NCBI GenBank assembly: GCA_002269645.1
Contig: NIVC01000292.1
Coordinates: forward strand, 620,001-684,000
DNA: 64,000 nt
DNA from: Macrostomum lignano
Lineage: Eukaryota
Reading direction: 5' to 3'
The translations under genes and the position numbers were made by a program. Every line of letters starts with the position of its first letter. Position 1 is the stretch's first letter. Positions 1 to 12,326 of the stretch are shown piece after piece. Below the pieces are notes generated by a model. It saw nothing but the letters and a program-made list of their open reading frames with translations, was not told the origin of the DNA and ran no database searches.

Positions 1-222
1 ATCTAGGATTAGAAATGGCGCTAGATCTAGGATTAGAAATGGCGCTAGATCTGGGATTAGAAATGGCGCTAGATCTAGGATTAGAAATGGCGCTAGATCT
101 AGGATTAGAAATGGCGCTAGATCTAGGATTAGAAATGGCGCTAGATCTAGGATTAGAAAGGGCGCTAAATCTAGGATTAGAAATGGCGCTAGATCTAGGA
201 TTAGAAATGCGCTAAATCTAGG
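1..222. repeat. 24-bp minisatellite (ATCTAGGATTAGAAATGGCGCTAG)n, ~9 copies
   Basis: Tandem units read directly; ORF 15..215 is the 8-aa periodic translation of the repeat. Confidence 0.95.
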
Positions 223-586
223 ATTAAAATTAACTAGCAGATCCCAGCGGCGGACCTCTCCGCAATCAATCCAAGACGGCACCCCACCAGAGGAAAAAGT
301 TCATCTCAGTTAATGGGAGCATTATAATCATAAACCGCAGGCAGTAAACCCGGAGCGCAGGCCGCTCTGAAGTGGATTTGTATACCAGCAGATAAAGTTA
401 TCCCGAATCTGGGATTTTCACTGCAGTTCTACCTGCAATTGCGGCTTTCTTCCCACGGGCCCAGCGGGTCGTACAAGACTTTTCAATCACAGCTGCCGCC
501 CCCTCTACCAGCACTGCGAATTTGCGGTTGCTAAGCAGTGCGGGGCTGCCTGGGAGCCGCCATAAATGCCTGCTCCGTACTGCAAT

Positions 587-1098
587 ATCTAGCCAATATC
601 TAGCCAGCATCTAGCCAATATCTAGCCAGCATCTAGCCAATATCTAGCCAATATCTAGCCAATATCTAGCCAATATCTAGCCAGCATATAGCCAATATCT
701 AGCAAATATCTAGCCAATATCTAGCCAGCACCTAGCCAATATCTAGCCAATATCTAGCCAATATCTAGCCAATATCTAGCAAATATCTACCAGCATATAG
801 CCAATATCTAGCCAATACCTAACCAATATCAAGCCAGCATCTAGCCAATATCTAGCCAATATCTAGCCAATATCTAGCCAGCACCTAGCCAATATCTAGC
901 CAGCATCTAGCCAATATCTAGCCAATATCTAGCCAGCATCTAGCCAATATCTAGCCAATATCTAGCCAGCACCTAGCCAATATCTAGCCAGCACCTAGCC
1001 AATATCTAGCCAGCATCTAGCCAATATCTAGCCAATATCTAGCCAGCATATAGCCAATATCTAGCCAATAACTAGGCAGCATCTAGCCAATATCTAGC
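587..1098. repeat. 11-bp minisatellite (ATCTAGCCAAT/ATCTAGCCAGC)n
   Basis: Tandem 11-mer variants. Confidence 0.95.
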
Positions 1099-1559
1099 TT
1101 ATAAGCCGCAAGTAGAAATTCTAGAAATTTTTTTTAAAAATGAGTAAAAACGCCATGCCACTGAAAGTAGTGATTTCATAAATAATTGCTAATTTTAAAC
1201 CAACAGAATACTTTGTTAAAAGCGTCAGTTCTCAATCACCGCAGGGTCTAAAGCTCTCTGCAAGCGACTCGGTGAACTGCTTGTATTTCAGATAAAACTG
1301 GCGTCAGCAGCAGCAGCGGAAGCAGCAGAAGGGCCGTCAGCAGAGTCGCAGGAGATTCGTGGGGGCCTGTCGCAGCTGCTAGCCAGCTGGGCTGCTGAGG
1401 GAGCCACTCCATCAATCCAACACTGCCGCGATACAAGAAAATTGAGCTGTATAAAAACTGCTTAAAAGCAAAGCTAATGCCGCCAGAGCTGACCTCCTGG
1501 CTGGGTTAAAATCCAAGGCCAAGGTGCTGCAGGCTGCGACTCAATATACTCGAAACTGT

Positions 1560-1940
1560 TACACACCTGTTCCACACACAGGCCATACCTGTTACACACA
1601 CAGGCCATACCTGTTACACAAGAGTTACATACCTGTTACACACACAGGCCATACCTGTTCCACACACAGGCCATACCTGTTCCACACACAGGCCATACCT
1701 GTTCCACACACAGGCCATACCTGTTCCACACATAGGCCATACCTGTTCCACACACAGGCCATACCTGTTCCACACACAGGCCATACCTGTTACATACACA
1801 GGCCATACCTGTTATACACACAGGCCATACCTGTTACACACAGGCCATACCTGTTACACACAGGCCATACCTGTTATACACACAGGCCATACCTGTTAAA
1901 CACAGGCCATACCTGTTACACACACAGGCCATACCTGCTA
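1560..1940. repeat. ~22-bp minisatellite (CCTGTTACACACACAGGCCATA)n
   Basis: Tandem units with internal CCTGT...ACAGG inverted repeat. Confidence 0.93.
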
Positions 1941-2519
1941 CAGGCTACCTGGCACCCAAATACAGAAGGCCGCCCTGTCAGCACCGGGCTCATAATTAAC
2001 ATGCAACAGTTATAATCTTCTAAATCAGTTGGAGAAGCACAGCAGGCAGAAAGTACAACCAGCCTCTGCTGCCTCACTAAAACGTACATTTAAAAAACAT
2101 GTAAGGCGCCCGATTTGCAGTCATCAATGCAAATACAAATGTATATAAAACAATTTGTCAGAGTAAAACTACTTGCATAATTAGAATACAGTTTAAAGTG
2201 GATTAAATCTGAATCCAAGTTGCACACTTCTGCAAGAAATTCTGGAAGCAGCACAATACGGTAAAGCAATTACCTGCAGAAAACGGATACAAACTATAAT
2301 TCGCTATCAATGCCGATCCATGATGAATAATAAAAATGTTGCTAATCAATTGCAAATCTGCTAATAAGGATTAGCATCTACCATAGAAAATTATTAGCAA
2401 ATGTAAAATGTAATAACAGGTGAGCCTTGAAACACTGACAATGGGGTTGAACTGGGTTCTTCACAGCTAACAGTGGCTGCGAGGGACTGGGGAGGCGAGA
2501 TATTCCTGACCTGTATGAG

Positions 2520-2915
2520 TAGAGGAGGAGTGGGTGGGTGCAATGGGGCAGAGGAGTGGGGTGGGTGCAATAGAGCAGAGAGGAGTGGGTGGGTGCAATG
2601 GGGCAGAGGATTGTGGTGGGTGCAATAGAGCAGAGAGGAGTGGGTGGGTGCAATGGGGCAGAGGAGTGGGGTGGGTGCAATAGAGCAGAGAGGAGTGGGT
2701 GGGTGCAATGGGGCAGAGGAGTGGGGTGGGTGCAATTGGGCAGAGAGGAGTGGGTGGGTGCAATGGAGCAGAGGAGGAGTGGGATGGGTGCAATGGGGAG
2801 TGGGTGGGTGCAATGGGGCAGAGGAGTGGGGTGGGTGCAATTGGGCAGAGGAGTGGGGTGGGTGCAATTGGGCAGAGGAGTGGGGTGGGTGCAATGGGGC
2901 AGAGAGGAGTGGGGT
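2520..2915. repeat. ~27-29-bp G-rich minisatellite (GGGGCAGAGGAGTGGGGTGGGTGCAAT)n, downstream of PHKA stop
   Basis: Tandem units; same family recurs at 8770-9180. Confidence 0.92.
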
Positions 2916-3081
2916 GGTTGCAGATATAAGAAATACATTAGGCAGGCAGAGGAGCCAAACAATACAGCAATACGCACAGCATTGTACATGCATAAGTATC
3001 CAAGTGAAGCAAAATTAAAATTGCTGACTCTGTGTGACAATGCAGGGCTATAATCAGAAAGCTACACGGGACGGCAGCAGG

Positions 3082-3744
3082 TCACTGAACAGCGCAGTCA
3101 ACGTCATCTGAGGGCAGCCCAATAAAGTCGGTGAGCGCCCTAAACAAGTAGGTGAGCGTCCCGAACCTGCCGCTAGGCGCCGAGTCGTAGAAATGCGCGC
3201 AGACTCCGTTGGCGCCGCCGCAGGCCAGGCGCTTGTCGTGGCTGCCGGCGCAGCAGGAGGTCGCGTCGCCGCCGTGAGCGGCCTGGTCGGCCAGGAAGAG
3301 GCGGTTGGCTTCGGTGACCAGCTGCTCCACATGCAGCACCCGTCGTAGGTCGATGCAGCGGTGCAGGTCCAGGTCGGGCAAGCGCACCAGCAGGCTGAGG
3401 GCCTCCACCAGCAGCTGGCGGTACTCCGGCTCCTGCACCGCCGTGATGGCCGCCTCCACCTGCAGGGCGAACTTCACCTCGCCGGCCGTCATCTCCCTGG
3501 TCAGGTGCTGCCCGATCACGTGACCATTGATGCTGAGGCCCTCCGTGCACTCTATCAGGCGCCAGACGCGGCGGTAGAAGTCGGCCGGCACGCGGTTGAG
3601 GGCGCCGTCGATTTTGCGGCGCCGCAGCCACTGGCCCTGTCGGTCGGAGCTGAGGCTCTGGCTGAGCCACGACTCCCCGGACACCGACGCCGACTGCGGG
3701 TCGCTCGGGTGCCGCCGGCGAGGGTCCAGCAGGTGCGAGTCCGC
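3082..3744 (-). CDS. PHKA: Phosphorylase b kinase regulatory subunit alpha, last exon (ends CAVQ*, CaaX)
   Basis: RQGQWLRRRKIDGALNRVPADFY, EPEYRQLLVEAL and the C-terminal CAVQ match PHKA family (human ends CAMQ); acceptor cccgcag at 3745-3747, phase 0. Confidence 0.93.
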   Translation of the reverse strand, partial: ADSHLLDPRRRHPSDPQSASVSGESWLSQSLSSDRQGQWLRRRKIDGALNRVPADFYRRVWRLIECTEGLSINGHVIGQHLTREMTAGEVKFALQVEAAITAVQEPEYRQLLVEALSLLVRLPDLDLHRCIDLRRVLHVEQLVTEANRLFLADQAAHGGDATSCCAGSHDKRLACGGANGVCAHFYDSAPSGRFGTLTYLFRALTDFIGLPSDDVDCAVQ

Positions 3745-3759
3745 CTGCGGGTGCGGGGC

Positions 3760-5243
3760 CGGAACTGGGGTGAGATGCGGGACCGGAACTGGGGTGAGAT
3801 GCGGGACCGGAACTGGGGTGAGATGCGGGACCGGAACTGGGGTGAGATGCGGGACCGGAACTGGGGTGAGATGCGGGACCGGAACTGGGGTGAGATGCGG
3901 GACCGGAACTGGGGTGAGATGCGGGACCGGAACTGGGGTGAAATGCGGGACTGGAACTGAGATGAGATGCGGGACTGGAATTGGGATGAGATGCGGGCCG
4001 GAACTGGTGTGAAATGCGGACTGGAACTGGTGTGAGATGTGGGAGAGGAAAATTGGGTGAGATGCGGGACCGGAACTGGGGTGAGATGCGGGACCGGAAC
4101 TGGGGTGAGATGCGGGACCGGAACTGGGGTGAGATGCGGGACCGGAACTGGGGTGAGATGCGGGACCGGAACTGGGGTGAGATGCGGGACCGGAACTGGG
4201 GTGAGATGCGGGACCGGAACTGGGGTGAAATGCAGGACTGGAACTGAGATGAGATGCGGGACTGGAATTGGGATGAGATGCGGGACAATAACTGGGGTGA
4301 GATGTGGGAGAGGAAAATTGGGTGAGATGCGGGACTGGAACTGGGGTGAGATGTGGGAGAGGAAAATTGGGTGAGATGCGGGACTGGAACTGGGGTGAGA
4401 TGTGGGAGAGGAAATGAGGTGAGATGCGGTAGAGGAAATGAGATGAGATGCGGGACCTAAACTGGGGTGAGATGCGGGACAGAAAATGTGCCTTTAAGAA
4501 GCCACTTTAGGTCGTCTAAAAAATCAAACGACTTTTCTATCTATTAAATAAAATTTAGACAGCCGATGCCCACACTCTACTACTACTAGTAAGAGAAAAG
4601 CAAAAAATTGGGCAGTAGAAAATATCACATGCTATTCAATCAGTAACAGAAGCAGCGTAAACAGAAGACAACAAGTTATTTTAAAGCGTGCCCTAGAGCT
4701 AGGGACGTTGAAAGAGAATTGCGGTGAGATGCGGACTGGAACTGTATGAGATGCGGGCCGGAACTGGTGTGAGATGCGGGCCGGAACTGGTGTGAGATGC
4801 GGGCCGGAACTGGTGTGAGATGCGGGCCGGAACTGGTGTGAGATGCGGACCGGAACTGGTGTGAGATGCGGACTGGAACTGGTGTGAGATGCGGGCCGGA
4901 ACTGGTGTGAAATGCGGACCGGAACTGGTGTGAGATGCGGACCGGAACTGGTGTGAGATGCGGGCCGGAACTGGTGTGAGATGCGGGCCGGAACTGGTGT
5001 GAGATGCGGACCGGAACTGGTGTGAGATGCGGACTGGAACTGGTGTGAAATGCGGGCCGGAACTGGTGTGAGATGCGGACCGGAACTGGTGTGAGATGCG
5101 GACCGGAACTGGTGTGAGATGCGGACCGGAACTGGTGTGAGATGCGGGCCGGAACTGGTGTGAGATGCGGACCGGAACTGGTGTGAGATGCGGACCGGAA
5201 CTGGTGTGAGATGCGGACCGGAACTGGTGTGAGATGCGGACCG
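3760..5243. repeat. 23-24-bp minisatellite (TGAGATGCGGGACCGGAACTGGGG)n in two blocks (3760-4480, 4723-5243), PHKA last intron
   Basis: Tandem units; the last unit grades into the exon acceptor. Confidence 0.95.
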
Positions 5244-6928
5244 GAAAAAATATTTTGAAGGCTTTCATTTTCCGGAAATTGAGACGACACAAAAAGCTGA
5301 ACGCTCGATCATCACGTCACAGAATTCGTGTTCCGAAAATGTGAATGTTTTTGAGAACGAACATCTTTAAAACCAGTTTTCCTAGAAACGAATCGCCTCG
5401 TGTGCACCACCAGCTAACCGTCGGATCCTTCAATACGACGAAAACACGGAGACTTCATATGAATACAAGAGGCAAAGTGCTAATGTTAAAGACAGGTACA
5501 AAGCACAATTGATTAGGGCACAGAGCAGTTGAAACAAAGTGTATTATTAGTGACAGGTGCAGTTGGCAACATGCGGGTAAGCTGTGGGCTTATAGCGTGA
5601 AAGCAAAGACTGCCTGATCAGCTCCCTGCTGAGCTGTCTCTCACCTCCACAACAATTTTTCGATTGCCAACTGAAGTGGAGAAATATGAAAGTGAAACTG
5701 CGGTGAGGTGTTGACAGACTTTTCCTAGCTAGCATATGATTCAGTGAATAATTGACAAAATGCTTCATTTACTGGCGAGTAGTAAGTAGCGAATGTGCGC
5801 ATTCGTTTTTTGTTTCACAAATTCATCATCAACTTAAATTATGAATTTTTCATTAGCGAGCATTGCTGCGCGACCTGCGTTGAAGGGGGTCGAATTCATG
5901 AAGCTGTGGGCGCTTGCAGGGGTGCCGCAGGGTCAGATAAGCTCACAATAAGGCAGAGGTCATTTCAGGTCACTTTAAAGATATAGGGTCAGTTTTGAGG
6001 CAGCTAGAGCCGTAGGGTTTAACAGGGGTCAGATAGAGACGGAGGCGTCAGCTGGGGTCAAATAGAGACTAGGGGTCAATTGGGGGTCAAATAGAGACTA
6101 GGGATCAGTTGGGGGTCAAATAGAGACGGAAGGGTCAGCTGGGGTCAAATAAAGACTAGGGGTCAGTTGGGGGTCAAATAGAGATGGAGGGGTCAGCTGG
6201 GGTCAAATAGAGACTGAGGGGTCAGTTAGGGGTCAGATAGAGACTGAGGGGACAGTTAGGGGTCAGATAGAGACAGAGGGGTCAGCTGGGGTCAAATATA
6301 GACTGAGGGGTCAGTTGGGGGTCAAATAGAGACTGAAGGGGTCAGTTAGGGGTCAAATAGAGACGGAGGGGTCCGTTGGGGTCAAATAGAGACGGAGGGG
6401 TCAGCTGGGGTCAAATAGAGACGGAGGGTTCAGCTGGGGTCAAATAGAGACTGAGGGGTCAGTTAGGGGTCAGATAGAGACTGAGGGGTCAGTTGTTGTT
6501 GTTGTTAAATGAGGTGGGTAGCCTAGGGGCTCCCGCGGATCAGCCCAGGGAAGGGCTCTGCCGCTGGAATATAGGGGCACATCTACCAGGGGCAGATAGC
6601 CCGAGCAGCCCAGATTAGGACCTGACGTCATGGCCAGGGAAAAAACCTTATTGGGGCTACTAGCTCAGCCTATGGACTAAGACACCGCTGACCAACAGTG
6701 GAATCAGGGACGGTGCTAGGACCGAGTCCACCCAAGCCACCACCCAGCAGACAAATCCCGGGAGTGCGCGAAAAAAGATAGGAAAAACTTCGAAATACTA
6801 CTGAAAGCGATCCGAGAGCGGGGAGACAAAGTCTACGGAAAGGGGCACAAGGAGCAAGAGGAACCCGGACTCAGCCGGTATTCCCCAGGACTCCAATCTA
6901 CTGTCAGTGATGAGAGCCGAGATACAAT

Positions 6929-7227
6929 CATACATGCGCAACAGTCGGCCGAGTCGGCCGATCCGGCCGACCGATTTGGCGGCCAACCAAGAAAGTCGCA
7001 AAAATGCCCACCCGAAAAAAATAATCAAGTAGTAGTACTAAGTAGCTGACGAGGCATTTTGGCTTAATAAGACAGTCATAGTTACTCCTGCCGTTTACCC
7101 AAAGTTGCGTTAATTTTGCTTTTGGGTTTTTTTACATGTAAGTCGCATTTTTGGCCAAAAACTACGTCGCATTTTTGTTAAAACTAAGTCGCATGGCCGA
7201 CCGAATTTCAGAGGTTGCGCATGTATG
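6929..7227. mobile_element. 299-bp hAT-type MITE
   Basis: Perfect 14-bp TIRs CATACATGCGCAAC (6929-6942) / GTTGCGCATGTATG (7214-7227); perfect 8-bp TSD GATACAAT (6921-6928, 7228-7235). Confidence 0.85.
7038..7100 (-). other. Diverged 28S rRNA fragment (H69-H71 region, R2 target site) inside the MITE
   Basis: Minus strand GGGTAAACGGCAGGAGTAACTATGACTGTCTTATTAAGCCAAAATGCCTCGTCAGCTACTTAGT vs conserved 28S GGGTAAACGGCGGGAGTAACTATGACTCTCTTAAGGTAGCCAAATGCCTCGTCATCTAATTAGT (recalled consensus). Confidence 0.8.
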
Positions 7228-8328
7228 GATACAATAAGCAGGGAGACAACCAGAGGAACCAGCAGATGAATCAAGGCAAAACACGAAGATAAAAGCATAA
7301 AAGCACAAAGGGATAAAACAAAAATGGGAGAAGCACCGGAACCCTAAACCCGGGGCTCAGCCTCAGAGCTGGCATCAACTGGGCTATACCGTACACTTTT
7401 GTGAATGGTCGTCTTTCCTGCAGGGCGGTTGCGACCGGGGGGCTCAAGTCCCGTTCTAGCCACACTGCAGTCAAGAATTCCAACTCACTCCAGGTACACC
7501 CACAGATACTAGAATAACTGTGGGTGTACCTGGTTACTCTAGGTTATTCTAGTATCTGTGGGTACACCCCCCTAACCCAAGGCCGATGGCCAAACAATTG
7601 GAATGAAAAAGTAGGGTTATTTTTAGATGTGTACATTGCCTCCGGCAAGGACACTTAGAGATTGGGCTATAGAACTATAGGCCAATTGGATTGCGCACAA
7701 CCCGAGAAATGCCGACAGAAAGGCAGCCAGGGTAAAAACAGTCAGAGACCGTCTTTACGTCAAAAGGGTCAGTTAGGGGTCAAATAAAGACTGAGAGATC
7801 AGTTGGGTTCAAATAGAGACTGGGGGTCAGTAGAGACGTAGAGGTCAATTGGGGTCATTTAAGGTCAAATAGGGGTAGGGGTCTGTTGAGTCGGAGGTCA
7901 GGGGTCATTTAGGGTCAGATAGAGAGAGGGGTCAGTTAAGGGTCAAATAGAGACGTAGAAGTCAATTAGGGTCATTTAAGGTCAAACAGGGGTAGGGGTC
8001 TGTTGAGTCGGAGGTCAGGGGTCATTTAGGGTCAGATAGAGAGAGGGGTCAGTTAAGGGTCAAATAGAGACGTAGAAGTCAATTAGGGTCATTTAAGGTC
8101 AAATAGGGGTAGGGGTCTGTTGAGTCGGAGGTCAGGGGTCATTTAGGGTCAGATAGAGAGAGGGGTCAGTTAAGGGTCAAATAGAGACGTAGAAGTCAAT
8201 TAGGGTCATTTAAGGTCAAACAGGGGTAGGGGTCTGTTGGGTTCAGTTGGTCAGATAGAGGTCAGGGGTCATTTCGGGTCAGAGAGAAGCAGCTGGGTCA
8301 CAAAGGACCAAAGCAAGGTGGCACTAAC

Positions 8329-8462
8329 TGTCTGCTTGGGCCCCACAGACTTGGAGCCGCTGGAGCCGAGGCGGCCCCGCTGGCCGTAGAAGCTGCGGCT
8401 GAGCTCGGTCTCGTTGGCGGACACGATGGTGATGTGGGAGGCGCCGCCCTGGGACAGCGGGA
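8329..8462 (-). CDS. PHKA: PHKA internal exon
   Basis: Acceptor ctttcag, donor gttagt; phases 1/0 link the flanking exons; sequence poorly conserved. Confidence 0.65.
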
Positions 8463-8634
8463 CTGAAAGTGAGCGATTGGTTGGACGGGGGCGACAGTGC
8501 AGTTAAAATCATCAGGTAAGATAAATGCAGGGTGCCTCCATTGCACGCGCGACTGAAACTTAAAATAGTGAGTTAATCTGCTTGGCAGGTAAAATCCTTG
8601 CTAACTGTTTAAGAGAATTCTGTCAGCAACTCAC

Positions 8635-8733
8635 CGTATTCGGCGTGGAACTCCTTGCCGCTGAGGATGTGGTGCAGCAGGGTCTTCATTTCGAATGGGC
8701 TCAGACTGAGCAAATGCTCGGTGGCGTCTTCGG
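8635..8733 (-). CDS. PHKA: PHKA internal exon
   Basis: [29 protein letters not shown] matches [20 protein letters not shown]; AG/GT boundaries. Confidence 0.93.
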
Positions 8734-8769
8734 CTGTGAAAACATAGGGGGGGGGTTTGAAGTAGCTGA

Positions 8770-9180
8770 GGAGTGGGGTGGGTGCAATGGGGCAGAGGAG
8801 GAGTGAGGTTGGTGCAGTGGGGCAGATGAGGAATGAGGTTGGTGCAGTGGGGCAGATGAGGAGTAGGGTGGGTGCTATGGGGCAGAGGAGGAATGGGGTG
8901 GGTGCTATGGGGCAGAGGAGGAATGGGGTGGGTGCTATGAGGCAGAGAAGGAATGGGGTGGGTGCTATGGGGCAGATAAGGAGTAGGGTGGGTGCAATGA
9001 CGCAGAGGAGGAGTGGGTGGGGTGCAATGGGGCAGAGAGGAGCGGTGGGGTGGGTGCAATGGGGCAGAGAGGAGCGGTGGGGTGGGTGCAATGGGGCAGA
9101 GGAGGAGTGGGGTGGGTGCAATGGGGCAGAGAGGAGCGGTGGGATGGGTGAAATGGGGCAGAGAGGAGTGGAATGAAGGG
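8770..9180. repeat. G-rich ~27-bp minisatellite filling a PHKA intron
   Basis: Same family as 2520-2915. Confidence 0.9.
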
Positions 9181-9242
9181 TAGAGGAGCAGAGAAGAGTG
9201 GTGTGAGGGCAGAGGGCAGAGTGGATACAGCCAAAGCCTCAC

Positions 9243-9691
9243 CGTTCAGCCGGAGCGAGCGGCCGATCTCAGTGCCCATGACGCGGATGATGAGGCCCAC
9301 CCGAATCCGGTACATGTTGGCGAAGAGCTGCGGCTCAGTCCTGGCGAGCATGCTCAGGTACACCAGCACCTCCTGCGTGAGAACGCCCAGCGTGAGGTCA
9401 TTGAAACTCGCCTGCTTGATGAGCTCCCTGAGCTGCTGTGAGGACTGCGGCGAAATGATGAGGCAGTTCTCGGGCTCCGGCGGCAGGCCGATGGTGACCT
9501 GCTTCTGGCGCACCAGCAGGTCCGTGATGCACACTGGCAGGTTCTCCACCGCCTTCTCCAGCATGCCCGCGGTGTACCGGACCAGCCACCACTGCTTGGT
9601 GGCGCCCGCCCGCTCGTACAGCTCCGCCACGAGGTCACGCAGGGTCACCGATCCGCTCTTCTCCTTCCAGCCGGTGTCATAGATCAGGCCT
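9243..9691 (-). CDS. PHKA: PHKA internal exon
   Basis: DLLVRQKQVTIGLPPEP, LTQEVLVYL, FANMYRIRVGLII match PHKA; AG/GT boundaries. Confidence 0.95.
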
Positions 9692-9822
9692 CTGCGGCGC
9701 GGGAGGTGCAGGGGACCCTCATCTTTGACCAGCTTCTTTAAGTACCGTTCCACTACCTAAACTTCCTTCTCTTCCCCTCTCTTATCTCCCCTCTCCCCTC
9801 CCCAGCCAGCCCAGCGCCTCAC

Positions 9823-10024
9823 TTGTCAATATAGAGCTGGTAGATGATCTCAAACTGCTCATAGAGGTGCTCAGACTGCTCAAGCCGCCTGAGCAGCTCC
9901 TTCTCAGCCAGCTCGGACAGGCGGCAGGCCGGCGAGTCCTGGCGCTCGATGTGCTTGCGTTTGAAGATCTTCATCAGGTCAGCGTTGTCCGCCTTCTCAA
10001 TTGAGTCCTTCAGGACGTACTTTG
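9823..10024 (-). CDS. PHKA: PHKA internal exon
   Basis: LLRRLEQSEHLYEQFEIIYQLYIDK; phases 1/2 consistent. Confidence 0.85.
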
Positions 10025-10216
10025 CTGGAGTTGGGGAGAGCGAGGGGGAAATTTGGCGGCATTCGGATTGGCTGCGGCAGTCACGTGACGGCTGAGTACA
10101 AGCACAAAGGGCGCTCTTCACACAGTATTGATTTATGGCCAATAATAGCAGGATTAATTATTTAATGGTTTGCTTAAAGATTAACAATTAATTGCAAGTA
10201 TCTATAATGTTAGACG

Positions 10217-12326
10217 GATTAGCAATCCATTCTATTCCTGCACCCATGATAGGCTAGATTAGCAATCCATTCTATTCCTGCACCCATGATAGGCTAGATT
10301 AGCAATCCATTCTATTCCTGCACCCATGATAGGCTAGATTAGCAATCCATTCTATTCCTGCACCCATGATAGGCTAGATTAGCAATCCATTCTATTCCTG
10401 CACCCATGATAGGCTAGATTAGCAATCCATTCTATTCCTGCACCCATGATAGGCTAGATTAGCAATCCATTCTATTCCTGCACCCATGATAGGCTAGATT
10501 AGCAATCCATTCTATTCCTGCACCCATGATAGGCTAGATTAGCAATCCATTCTGATCCTGCAGCCATGATAGGCTAGATTAGCAATCCATTCTGATCCTG
10601 CACACATGATAGGCTAGATTAGCAATCCATTCTATTCCTGCACACATGATAGGCTAGATTAGCAATCCATTCTATTCTTGCACCCATGATAGGCTAGATT
10701 AGCAATCCATTCTGATCCTGCACACATGATAGGCTAGATTAGCAATCCATTCTATTCCTGCACACATGATAGGCTAGATTAGCAATCCATTCTATTCTTG
10801 CAGCCATGATAGGCTAGATTAGCAATCCATTCTATTCTTGCACCCATGATAGGCTAGATTAGCAATCCATTCTGATCCTGCACCCATGATAGGCTAGATT
10901 AGCAATCCATTCTATTCCTGCACCCATGATAGGCTAGATTAGCAATCCATTCTGATCCTGCACACATGATAGGCTAGATTAGCAATCCATTCTGATCCTG
11001 CACACATGATAGGCTAGATTAGCAATCCATTCTGATCCTGCACACATGATAGGCTAGATTAGCAATCCATTCTGATCCTGCACACATGATAGGCTAGATT
11101 AGCAATCCATTCTGATCCTGCACCCATGATAGGCTAGATTAGCAATCCATTCTATTCCTGCATCCATGATAGGCTAGATTAGCAATCCATTCTGACCCTG
11201 CACCCATGATAGGCTAGATTAGCAATCCATTCTGATCCTGCACACATGATAGGCTAGATTAGCAATCCATTCTGACCCTGCACACATGATAGGCTAGATT
11301 AGCAATCCATTCTATTCCTGCACCCATGATAGGCTAGATTAGCAATCCATTCTATTCCTGCATCCATGATAGGCTAGATTAGCAATCCATTCTGATCCTG
11401 CACACATGATAGGCTAGATTAGCAATCCATTCTGACCCTGCACACATGATAGGCTAGATTAGCGATCCATTCTGATCCTGCACCCATGATAGGCTAGATT
11501 AGCAATCCATTCTGATCCTGCACCCATGATAGGCTAGATTAGCAATCCATTCTGATCCTGCACACATGATAGGCTAGATTAGCAATCCATTCTGATCCTG
11601 CACCCATGATAGGCTAGATTAGCAATCCATTCTGACCCTGCACCCATGATAGGCTAGATTAGCAATCCATTCTGATCCTGCACCCATGATAGGCTAGATT
11701 AGCAATCCATTCTATTCCTGCACACATGATAGGCTAGATTAGCAATCCATTCTGATCCTGCACACATGATAGGCTAGATTAGCAATCCATTCTGATCCTG
11801 CACCCATGATAGGCTAGATTAGCAATCCATTCTGACCCTGCACACATGATAGGCTAGATTAGCAATCCATTCTATTCCTGCATCCATGATAGGCTAGATT
11901 AGCAATCCATTCTATTCCTGCACACATGATAGGCTAGATTAGCAATCCATTCTGACCCTGCACACATGATAGGCTAGATTAGCAATCCATTCTGACCCTG
12001 CACACATGATAGGCTAGATTAGCAATCCATTCTGACCCTGCACACATGATAGGCTAGATTAGCAATCCATTCTGACCCTGCACACATGATAGGCTAGATT
12101 AGCAATCCATTCTGACCCTGCACACATGATAGGCTAGATTAGCAATCCATTCTGACCCTGCACACATGATAGGCTAGATTAGCAATCCATTCTGACCCTG
12201 CACACATGATAGGCTAGATTAGCAATCCATTCTGACCCTGCACACATGATAGGCTAGATTAGCAATCCATTCTGACCCTGCACACATGATAGGCTAGATT
12301 AGCAATCCATTCTGACCCTGCACACA
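10217..12326. repeat. 40-bp minisatellite (GATTAGCAATCCATTCTATTCCTGCACCCATGATAGGCTA)n, ~52 copies
   Basis: Strict 40-bp periodicity. Confidence 0.98.

Larger units (their letters stand above)
6495..7765 (-). mobile_element. ~1.27-kb retroposon-like insertion with (AAC)n tail on the minus strand
   Basis: (GTT)n at left end; GGGTCAGTT duplicated at 6486-6494 and 7766-7774 (candidate TSD, but also part of the host repeat); no recognisable ORF. Confidence 0.5.
6020..8285. repeat. Degenerate ~30-bp GGGGTCAAATAGAGAC/GGGGTCAGTT array (6020-6494, 7766-8285) split by an insertion
   Basis: Same motif on both sides of the unique block 6495-7765. Confidence 0.85.

Noticed and set aside
238-1540. GC-rich patches at 238-590 and 1290-1540 as exons of an upstream plus-strand gene
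   Set aside because: No recognisable protein motif; cannot be linked into a gene model from this window
7038-7100. Functional rRNA gene
   Set aside because: Only ~63 nt, diverged, inside a MITE, with no flanking rDNA
10217-12326. Regular 40-bp repeats as a CRISPR array
   Set aside because: No unique spacers, no cas genes, eukaryotic intron context
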